Virus record (IMG/VR): IMGVR_UViG_3300025383_001098
From: a virus
Direction: 5' to 3' (one strand)
DNA: 64,000 nt
The translations under genes were made by a program, and so were the position numbers. Position 1 is the first letter of the stretch. Each line of letters starts with the position of its first letter. Under the pieces are notes generated by a model. That model did no database searches. It was not told the DNA's origin and was given only the letters and a program-made list of their open reading frames with translations. Positions 55,643 to 62,813 of the stretch are shown here, in pieces.

Positions 55643-55982
55643 TCCCGACCAACAATTACGTGTTCGTCTGGACATAGTTACTCACGGATCTGTACACTAT
55701 AGGCTCCGTCTCAATGGGCATTTAATTTTAGACAATACTGCAGAATTGTATTTGAATTTGTTTGCACCAATACACTTACAATGTACAATTATAGATGCTG
55801 TTGGGGATTCGGCATTAGAAATCAAAAATTTATCTGTAAATAACTTAGAAGTTCTGCCACGTTATATGCATTGGGCCTCAGAACCCACTTTATGGTTAAC
55901 CAAAAATGAGTGGCTGTTCAGTGTTCGAGAACCATTTTATCCTTGGTATCACAAAATTTCTGGACAAGGTTTTATCGCTTGA
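55599..55982 (+). CDS. hypothetical protein
   Basis: Operon-packed; PFYPWYH C-terminus; true start may be 55611. Confidence 0.6.
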   Translation: MHPTMNNFSDITDINPDQQLRVRLDIVTHGSVHYRLRLNGHLILDNTAELYLNLFAPIHLQCTIIDAVGDSALEIKNLSVNNLEVLPRYMHWASEPTLWLTKNEWLFSVREPFYPWYHKISGQGFIA

Positions 55983-56007
55983 CCATAAAATAATATACTG
56001 CTATAAT
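55979..56007 (+). promoter_or_regulatory. sigma70 promoter for uvsE (leaderless transcript)
   Basis: TTGACC-17-TATAAT with TGn; ATG 56014 is 6 nt downstream. Confidence 0.75.
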
Positions 56008-56013
56008 AGCGGT

Positions 56014-57084
56014 ATGACTACATTTACTACTCCACGTATCGGCTTTGCCTGCAAATGGATTGATCGTCCAGACCAAACCGAAGGCATCAAATCTACCGAC
56101 CCCGCTCGTAAATACAATACAGGTACCACTACTGTGGCCTGGTTAAACCGTCAGACACGGGCGATAGCGGAGCAGAAGTTATGGGATTTAATGGTACAAA
56201 ACATCGAGGCAACAAGACTCTTAGTGGAGCGAGTCAGTGAACTCCCAGAGTCTCTACGCATGGTGCGTCTTAGCAGTGATATTCTTCCTTGCTATACCCA
56301 TGGGGACTTTTCTGGTTATTGGATGGAACCTTCTGTTGTTTCATACGCCGAAACCCACTTTAAGAGAGTGGGAGATATTGCTCGGGCTAACGGCGTTCGC
56401 CTTAGTTTCCACCCTGGGCAGTTTACTGTTCTTGCATCAAGTAATCCTGGGATAGTCAATCGTTCAATAGAGGAGTTTGAATATCATGCAACTATGGCAC
56501 GTTGGATGGGTTTCGGAGCCCAATTCCAAGATTGTAAGATTAACGTACACATCTCAGGCCGTGAAGGGCCTGAAGGCATTAGACGTGCCTACAACCGATT
56601 GTCACCTGAAGCTCGTAACTGCATTACCATCGAAAACGAAGAAAACGCCTGGGGGTTAAATGATTGTCTTACCATTTCTGATCTTGTACCTATTGTGCTC
56701 GATATTCATCATCACTGGATACGTGAGGGAGAATACATCCTACCTGGAGACGACCGTGTTAAACGAGTTATTGATAGTTGGCGTGGTGTTCGTCCTACTT
56801 GCCATTATAGCGTTAGTCGCGAAGACGTACTTGTTGGACATGATACATCCAGGTTACCTGAGCATAAGGCACTTCTGGTAGAAGGTTACAAGAAACAGAG
56901 CCTACGTGCTCACAGTGACTTTTATTGGAATCGTGCAGTTAACGAGTGGGCAATGAGTTTTAATCAAGACTTTGATATCATGTGCGAAAGCAAAGGTAAG
57001 AATTTAGCCAGCTTTGCTTTTGCTAAAAGTAAGACGCAAACGCAGGACGAAAATACTGATCGTACCATGCTGTTGACAGCATAA
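56014..57084 (+). CDS. uvsE: UV-damage endonuclease
   Basis: RIGFACK, RLSSDILP, RLSFHPGQF, IENEE, LDIHHH, HYS, RAHSD, MCESKGKN. Confidence 0.93.
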   Translation: MTTFTTPRIGFACKWIDRPDQTEGIKSTDPARKYNTGTTTVAWLNRQTRAIAEQKLWDLMVQNIEATRLLVERVSELPESLRMVRLSSDILPCYTHGDFSGYWMEPSVVSYAETHFKRVGDIARANGVRLSFHPGQFTVLASSNPGIVNRSIEEFEYHATMARWMGFGAQFQDCKINVHISGREGPEGIRRAYNRLSPEARNCITIENEENAWGLNDCLTISDLVPIVLDIHHHWIREGEYILPGDDRVKRVIDSWRGVRPTCHYSVSREDVLVGHDTSRLPEHKALLVEGYKKQSLRAHSDFYWNRAVNEWAMSFNQDFDIMCESKGKNLASFAFAKSKTQTQDENTDRTMLLTA

Positions 57085-58087
57085 GATTTCGATTATGCTC
57101 AACAATTGGTTTCACCTTTTCCAAAATCTCCGCCTGTGGTTGTTGCTCCAACAATTTCACTTGGTCCATAGCCAGGCTACACCGTTTTTCAAAGTCAGAC
57201 ATACTGTCATAACTTTCGTCAATGATGCCGTCAAAGGTTTTAAAGCCTAAATTGCGTAGATTTTGTAACGCACCTTGTCCGCTTAGACAAACAAATAATC
57301 TACTGCCCAGAATGGGTTTGACTGTTTTTTCTGTATAGAAACTATAATGGTTGCTATGATTAGTTTCTGCTATTAAAGTGTAGGCAGTTTGATTGTACAC
57401 GCTTAGTGGTATGATTTGACTTATGCTCATGCGATAGCCATAGTACTTGAATTGTTCAACGGTCCACTCAACCGGTCGATCTCTCTCAAGTCCTTCATCT
57501 TCCCAGACCCACTTATCGGGATCGTCGAAGTTGTTATTGTTAATCTGACCAAGATAACGTACAATATTTTTGGCAGGGTCTAATCTCGCAAATGCAAAAT
57601 CTCTGTGATTTTTCTTTCGACCAAGTAATGCGTCAAAGAAGTAGGGTTTAACGGCATAAGGATTGAGAACATCGAGTGTTTCTGGACGCACAAAACGATA
57701 AAAGTGTACTGTGGTAGTAAACCAATCATAGAATTTATGCACAGGACTGTGATCTAAATCAAAATTAAAATCGCCGCAGATAAAATAACTTACTCGAGGA
57801 TGGTCGTGCCGTTGGACTATTTCAATAGTCCGATCGTGCAATTCACTCATGAGAATAAGAACATGGTCCGCAAACCCTGTTAAATCTGTAATTTCATTAT
57901 CAAATTCAGACCTAATGGGATAGGGCATTTGTAAGCAGGCAATTTTGTATGCGTGTTTACTGTTTCGAAAAGGTTCTAAATTATTGTAGACCGTGAATCC
58001 CGAAAGGCCACATCTTGTGAAATGGAAATGAAAAAGGGCGTTTGTATTTTCAGGTACAAACACCCCTACATCAGTTTTTTGCATCAA
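57023..58087 (-). CDS. putative glycosyltransferase (GT10-like motif), paralogue 4
   Basis: FDALLGRKKNHR, YTLIAET...FYTEKTVKP, LGFKTFDGIIDESYD. Confidence 0.55.
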   Translation of the reverse strand: MMQKTDVGVFVPENTNALFHFHFTRCGLSGFTVYNNLEPFRNSKHAYKIACLQMPYPIRSEFDNEITDLTGFADHVLILMSELHDRTIEIVQRHDHPRVSYFICGDFNFDLDHSPVHKFYDWFTTTVHFYRFVRPETLDVLNPYAVKPYFFDALLGRKKNHRDFAFARLDPAKNIVRYLGQINNNNFDDPDKWVWEDEGLERDRPVEWTVEQFKYYGYRMSISQIIPLSVYNQTAYTLIAETNHSNHYSFYTEKTVKPILGSRLFVCLSGQGALQNLRNLGFKTFDGIIDESYDSMSDFEKRCSLAMDQVKLLEQQPQAEILEKVKPIVEHNRNLMLSTAWYDQYFRPAFASYF

Positions 58088-58333
58088 TTACTTAGTGGCT
58101 TTTTTTGCCTTGGTAGATGCTTTTTTAGCGGCTGGTTTTTTAGCAGCTTGTGTTGTGGCTTTTTTAACTGTTGGTTTTTTAGCAACCTTAGCTACTTCAG
58201 CTACTGCAACCTTGACTTCAGCAACTTCTTCTTTAACGGCTTCAACTACTGTTTCTTTTTTGCTGAATGCTTTGATTAAAGTCCAAGCAACTACGGCTAC
58301 AAGTGCAATACCTACGATTAATGTAAAATCCAT
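58088..58333 (-). CDS. membrane-anchored Lys/Ala-rich (histone H1-like tail) protein
   Basis: AGGAG SD; N-terminal TM; AAKKPAAKKASTKAKK. Confidence 0.7.
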   Translation of the reverse strand: MDFTLIVGIALVAVVAWTLIKAFSKKETVVEAVKEEVAEVKVAVAEVAKVAKKPTVKKATTQAAKKPAAKKASTKAKKATK

Positions 58334-58406
58334 TTTAACTCTCCTGTTTGAATAGATAATATTATTTAGTGATGGCTCGACCCTGAAAACTTTTTCTCCG
58401 AAAAGG

Positions 58407-58435
58407 TTGCAAAATGTTGCGTTGCACAATATAAT
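58407..58435 (+). promoter_or_regulatory. sigma70 promoter with PhaR-type box in the spacer
   Basis: TTGCAA-17-TATAAT; TGCGTTGCACAA at 58418-58429. Confidence 0.6.
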
Positions 58436-58455
58436 CATAAATAAATGTAGCAGTA

Positions 58456-58520
58456 CGTAAGATGCTGAATAGTTCGGGTCTTGCGATAACATTTCGCTTA
58501 ATAAAGGAAAATAAAATGTT
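58456..58520 (+). promoter_or_regulatory. ROSE-like structured leader
   Basis: Hairpin GTAAGA-TGCTGAA-TAG-TTCGGG-TCTTGC, then UUC(G)CUU/AAGGAA and AACAUU/AAUGUU pairing. Confidence 0.55.
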
Positions 58521-58755
58521 CAATTTTAAATCAGTAGTAGACCAAGTAGCAACAGCAACAAAAACACCTTTGACCTACGTTGAAGACAAGAATTTGCGTT
58601 CCAGCTTAGAAGCCGTAGTTGATGCTCAAGCTAAATTTGTAAAAACATTATTTGACACTAACTTAGATTTGTCTAAGCAAGTAGTTGAAAAGGCTAAAGA
58701 ATATGATTATTCTAAGCCATTTGCTGAATTAGCATCAGAGTTATTAGCTAAGTAA
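58516..58755 (+). CDS. phasin-like small helical protein
   Basis: 79 aa amphipathic helix, VVDAQAKFVKTLFDTNLDL; strong codon bias; TGC-N3-GCA operator upstream. Confidence 0.55.
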   Translation: MFNFKSVVDQVATATKTPLTYVEDKNLRSSLEAVVDAQAKFVKTLFDTNLDLSKQVVEKAKEYDYSKPFAELASELLAK

Positions 58756-58772
58756 TCTTAGTTTTAACTATC

Positions 58773-58800
58773 AAAGGGCCTTAATGGCCCTTTCTTTTTT
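58773..58800 (+). terminator. intrinsic terminator
   Basis: AAAGGGCC-ttaat-GGCCCTTT-T run. Confidence 0.85.
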
Positions 58801-58855
58801 GCCTTAATTGAATAAATACTATAAATAACTGTATGCCCCATAGGAGACAAATTTC

Positions 58856-59188
58856 ATGGCAATCCAAAAGACAATAGTATACTCATGCCCAACCGGTGAT
58901 TTTGCAGATAGCAAAGCCGCAATGGACGCATTCCATGCAGCAAGTTGCAGAGGTGATGCAGATGCAATCGCCGCATCTCGTGCAATTAGCCAAAGATATT
59001 TCACAACACCTGTAGTAATGACCTGGAGCGATTCTACAAAAACACTTACAATCGTTCAAGAGTTTGCCGATGAAGCTTCTGCAACAGCGTACTATGCAGA
59101 ATACTCAGCTCATTTAGCTTCGATTACAGGCGGTGGTGACATTACCGATAATAAATTTATCATTATTAGCCCTACACAACCGGTTTAA
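58856..59188 (+). CDS. late hypothetical protein
   Basis: TATAAATA and AGGAG upstream; own terminator. Confidence 0.7.
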   Translation: MAIQKTIVYSCPTGDFADSKAAMDAFHAASCRGDADAIAASRAISQRYFTTPVVMTWSDSTKTLTIVQEFADEASATAYYAEYSAHLASITGGGDITDNKFIIISPTQPV

Positions 59189-59216
59189 TACACCTGTTGT
59201 AAAAAGACAACATCAC

Positions 59217-59241
59217 AAAGCCCCATATTATGGGGCTTTTT
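59217..59241 (+). terminator. intrinsic terminator
   Basis: AAAGCCCCAT-loop-ATGGGGCTTTTT. Confidence 0.85.
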
Positions 59242-59248
59242 CTTTGAG

Positions 59249-59277
59249 TTGACCTATAATTCTGTTCCTGCTATACT
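59249..59277 (+). promoter_or_regulatory. early sigma70-type promoter
   Basis: TTGACC-17-TATACT with TGn. Confidence 0.75.
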
Positions 59278-59309
59278 TAATCTAAGTTAAACAAAGTAGG
59301 ATAACAAAA

Positions 59310-59717
59310 ATGAACTTAATATCTTTCACTACAGTAGAAGAAGGTAGTAGCAGTATCAATATGGCTAACTACCGTTATTTGGGAGATAGAATCAATATAT
59401 TAGGCGCCAGACTTGATGCCGCAAGAGATGCACTGGCCAGGTCCGAAACCGCTTGGACCAAGCAATATTGGACACAGGTTATTGAACGTTTAACATTCCA
59501 ATGGCGCAATTTGCCTGCACTACACGACGGAAATGCACAGGTTAGTTTAACCCCACGCTGGACTGTTGACTATAATTTTTACGAACGAGATGACGGTGTT
59601 GGACATACCGACTGGGTGGATCGATTTATTGGTTCAGCGTCTTGGGGTCTTGAAACTCGAATGAACGAAAGTTGGAATCGAGCCCGCGAAGCACGTTTGG
59701 CCCGAGCACAATATTAA
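59310..59717 (+). CDS. early hypothetical protein
   Basis: AGGA SD; first gene after the promoter. Confidence 0.65.
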   Translation: MNLISFTTVEEGSSSINMANYRYLGDRINILGARLDAARDALARSETAWTKQYWTQVIERLTFQWRNLPALHDGNAQVSLTPRWTVDYNFYERDDGVGHTDWVDRFIGSASWGLETRMNESWNRAREARLARAQY

Positions 59718-59741
59718 TTTTTTAACCTGTAAGGAGAAGTC

Positions 59742-59894
59742 ATGAGTCGTTTAGAAGCAATGGCCACAGAGGCTGTATTTCAACTGCAATTTAATACCCG
59801 CGATGCTGTTCGTTATGTTCAACGTAATGCTCAAGTTGACTATACCACTGCCCAACAGGCCATTAAACAAGTTGTAACATTCCACCGCCGCTGA
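59742..59894 (+). CDS. small hypothetical protein (50 aa, not in ORF track)
   Basis: TAAGGAG SD; MSRLEAMATEAVFQLQ. Confidence 0.65.
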   Translation: MSRLEAMATEAVFQLQFNTRDAVRYVQRNAQVDYTTAQQAIKQVVTFHRR

Positions 59895-59895
59895 T

Positions 59896-60150
59896 ATGCT
59901 CTGCGCCATAATTGGATTTTTAACTTCGCCGGCGGTTTGTGCAATGCCAGAAATGCTAACATCGCCCAGACCCCCGTATGAAGTTACATTTACTATGTAT
60001 GGTCCTGATCCCGACTGTTACAATCGAGATCGGCATATCAGATATCTAACCAAATTGAAAAACCAACCTGTACAGGGCGATGACGACAAAGAAAGTTATG
60101 ATAGTGCCATCGATCAATATGTACGCAGACTACAATACTATTGCCGATGA
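59896..60150 (+). CDS. small exported Cys-containing protein
   Basis: Hydrophobic N-terminus; DCYNRDRHIRYL. Confidence 0.55.
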   Translation: MLCAIIGFLTSPAVCAMPEMLTSPRPPYEVTFTMYGPDPDCYNRDRHIRYLTKLKNQPVQGDDDKESYDSAIDQYVRRLQYYCR

Positions 60151-60536
60151 AAACTATTAAAGTTCTTGCTGTTATCTTGTTAGCCATGCCCGTGCTGTCG
60201 CAGGCCGAATTGTTACATAGCCCAAAAACAGAAGTCATGGATTTTCAAGATTTGAATTACTATAGAACCGACTGTAGTCACCGAACCGAGCAGTTGGCCT
60301 TTTTAAAAAACCAATTGGACAATGTACCATTTTGGGAGAAGCGAAGTAAAGCAGTTATTAATTACTATATTCGTTTTATCAAGGCCAGTTGTCCAGAGCC
60401 AGAACCGGCTAAATTTGCCAACTGTCTTTCGGTCCGAGAACAATTTGGAGAAAACTCCAGTCAAGCAACAGTATGTAGATCTCCAAATTTTAAAGGCCCT
60501 GTTATTAATCGTTGGGAAAATGAAATTGACAATTAA
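60147..60536 (+). CDS. exported protein, probable paralogue of the previous gene
   Basis: Signal peptide; DCSHRTEQLAFLKNQ. Confidence 0.6.
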   Translation: MKTIKVLAVILLAMPVLSQAELLHSPKTEVMDFQDLNYYRTDCSHRTEQLAFLKNQLDNVPFWEKRSKAVINYYIRFIKASCPEPEPAKFANCLSVREQFGENSSQATVCRSPNFKGPVINRWENEIDN

Positions 60537-60554
60537 TTCAGGTTGTGTTATAGT
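60526..60554 (+). promoter_or_regulatory. sigma70-type promoter
   Basis: TTGACA-17-TATAGT with TGn. Confidence 0.7.
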
Positions 60555-60587
60555 AGTAAGTATGTTAACCAAAGTAAGAGGTGTAAA

Positions 60588-61316
60588 ATGAAGAAGTTAG
60601 TGTTTGTAGTAGCAGTAACGTCCTTGTTAGCCGCTTGTGGCAGTACGCCCAAGTTATCGCAATCGGACGAACGTGATGTTAAACGCATGGAAGCCAGTTT
60701 TAAAACTATTCCAGATTGGTTTACTGACGTTCCTAAAAACGATGGCTCGGCTATCTATGCTGTGGGTGATGGTGTTAGTTCCAGTGCAAGTGGTGCCATT
60801 GGCAATGCTCGTGCCAATGCCTTTGAAGGCATTTGCCAAACAGCCGGGGGCAAGGTACGAAGCCAAACCAAAGTATTCCGTACAGACACAGAAAAAAATA
60901 GCAACAGCATTACCACAACCGCTATTCGTAACTTCTGCCCAGACGTTGATGTTACTGGTGCCGCAGTTGTTCGACAATCTGTAGTACAAGAAGGCTCCAG
61001 AATCCGTGCTTATGTTTTGGTACAGTTGCCATTGGGTGATAATAATGTTTTAGCTCGTACAAAACACCAAGACCGTATGGAGGAAAACCTTATTCAAAAC
61101 CGTGATCGCGAATTCCGCGAATTGGATAATTTAGTAGATCCAAAAACTCAAGCACAGCCAGTGCAAAAGGGACCAGAAGTAAGTGTGGTTAATCCCAACG
61201 GTACTACATCTACTTTGAATTTAATGCCTGTGGAAAACGAAGAGTATAAAGCTCGACGTGCAGAAGCACTTAAAAAGCCCGGTGCTGTAGTAGGACAAGT
61301 TACAGTCAATAACTAA
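60588..61316 (+). CDS. lipoprotein (LPP20-like)
   Basis: Lipobox LLAAC; IPDWF; IYAVGDG; GAGGTG SD. Confidence 0.75.
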   Translation: MKKLVFVVAVTSLLAACGSTPKLSQSDERDVKRMEASFKTIPDWFTDVPKNDGSAIYAVGDGVSSSASGAIGNARANAFEGICQTAGGKVRSQTKVFRTDTEKNSNSITTTAIRNFCPDVDVTGAAVVRQSVVQEGSRIRAYVLVQLPLGDNNVLARTKHQDRMEENLIQNRDREFRELDNLVDPKTQAQPVQKGPEVSVVNPNGTTSTLNLMPVENEEYKARRAEALKKPGAVVGQVTVNN

Positions 61317-61345
61317 GCCGTTAATGATTGAATAAAGTAGTAGTT

Positions 61346-61389
61346 AATGCTCTTGCGAGGTATATTATAAATACCTTAGCGAGGGCATT
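61346..61389 (+). promoter_or_regulatory. RBS-sequestering hairpin containing a late promoter
   Basis: Arms 61346-61363 and 61371-61389; TATAAATA at 61366-61373. Confidence 0.65.
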
Positions 61390-61392
61390 TTC

Positions 61393-61875
61393 ATGGCAAG
61401 ACACAATCCCATACGTTATATTATGGAAGCACCGCTTCCAAGCAAAACATACCAACGACGACTTCAATACCGCCCAAGTTACAAAGACATCAACTACGCA
61501 TACAACAAACTCAATTTTTATCTATTTGATAATCGTCTACGCAAACCATATATAGAACAAGGTACACGCAGACAGACCTGGGGCTATTGCCAGTGGGAAG
61601 ATGAACTACAAGATACAGGTAGTTATTGCCATATCAAATTAATGGATAAATGGTTTTGCCCGCAGTGGTTTTGGAATACTCTGGCACACGAAATGGTACA
61701 TCAATGGCAATGGGACATTGGCCGTTTTGAAGGCTACAGAGTAGATACATCAAGTGGTAGTCATGGCAGAAGTTTCTTCCTATGGCGCGATAGATTTGCC
61801 CATTATGGACTTAGTCTAAAAACAGCACATGGAATGAAGCGTTGGCTAAAACATCAAACTTTTTCTAAATGTTAA
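61393..61875 (+). CDS. SprT-like zinc metalloprotease
   Basis: LNFYLFDNRL, TLAHEMVHQWQ, HGRSF. Confidence 0.85.
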   Translation: MARHNPIRYIMEAPLPSKTYQRRLQYRPSYKDINYAYNKLNFYLFDNRLRKPYIEQGTRRQTWGYCQWEDELQDTGSYCHIKLMDKWFCPQWFWNTLAHEMVHQWQWDIGRFEGYRVDTSSGSHGRSFFLWRDRFAHYGLSLKTAHGMKRWLKHQTFSKC

Positions 61876-61971
61876 TCTCGTAATAAAACTTTAATATTTT
61901 GTATTGCATTGCATGATAAATATCTAAGTAGAAACACTAATATGGTTTTTACTTAGAATAGGAGTCACACA

Positions 61972-62139
61972 ATGACACAATTATTAGAAAAACTTACAGA
62001 GTTTTTTAGCGTAAACGAGCAATCACAATTAGAGCAATTTATCAATAGCAAACAGCCAACTAATGCAGCAGAAGTTGAGTACTGGACAAAACAGTACGAA
62101 AACAACAACGAAGGCCTGTACTGGAGCCGTGGACTATGA
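61972..62139 (+). CDS. small protein, DUF3563-like (55 aa, not in ORF track)
   Basis: AGGAG SD; LLEKLTEFFS...LEQFINSKQPTNAAEVEYW; TGCATTGCA box at 61905-61913. Confidence 0.6.
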   Translation: MTQLLEKLTEFFSVNEQSQLEQFINSKQPTNAAEVEYWTKQYENNNEGLYWSRGL

Positions 62140-62228
62140 AACAATTTTTAAATGACATTTACGAAGCTATCAAAGCAGTACAACAGGCACGTGCCGAAGC
62201 AATGGTTAAAGGCCAATACTGGTATTAA
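62136..62228 (+). CDS. 30-aa peptide (not in ORF track)
   Basis: ATGA coupling; MKQFLNDIYEAIKAVQQARAEAMVKGQYWY. Confidence 0.5.
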   Translation: MKQFLNDIYEAIKAVQQARAEAMVKGQYWY

Positions 62229-62229
62229 T

Positions 62230-62784
62230 ATGATAGTTACTCAATTCCTGCCATTTAAACAATTTCCTGACTATGGGACTTGGTTAAAAAGCCAGGATGC
62301 AGAAACACGCCAACTTTATTTTGGTATGGCAGCAACAGACTATGTAGTTGACAGTTTGGTCAGTAGAATTATCGCCGATCCTTCAGATCACTATATTTTA
62401 GTAGCACTTAAAAAAGATCAATGGGTCGGAACAATACATATTGCTGTAAACGGGTCAAGTGTTGAATTTGGCATTATTGTTGATCAACAGTATCGTGGAC
62501 AAGGCATTGGTAATCAATTAATTGAAGAAGCCATACTATGGGCTCGCAATCGTGGATATCAAGAGCTATTCATGCATTGTATCACATCAAATACCACCAT
62601 ACGACACCTGTGCAACAAACACGGACTACGGTCACGTAATATGTTAGGCGAAACAGAAGTCAACATGCCCTTAGATCTACCAAATTGGGTTACAATTAGC
62701 AAGGAAGTTGTTGCACGTCAACGCAGTTTCTTTCATTTATATCTGCAAAACACTACAAAATTCTACGAAGAAATATACGGCTAA
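62230..62784 (+). CDS. GNAT acetyltransferase
   Basis: VEFGIIVDQQYRGQGIGNQL, WARNRG, FMHCITSN. Confidence 0.9.
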   Translation: MIVTQFLPFKQFPDYGTWLKSQDAETRQLYFGMAATDYVVDSLVSRIIADPSDHYILVALKKDQWVGTIHIAVNGSSVEFGIIVDQQYRGQGIGNQLIEEAILWARNRGYQELFMHCITSNTTIRHLCNKHGLRSRNMLGETEVNMPLDLPNWVTISKEVVARQRSFFHLYLQNTTKFYEEIYG

Positions 62785-62813
62785 GCTAAGTTCATAGCAA
62801 TAAATATATTACT

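Noticed and set aside
58095-58355. Hydrophobic plus-strand ORF (and 58022-58279)
   Set aside because: Antisense shadow of the Lys/Ala-rich minus-strand gene, which has the SD and promoter
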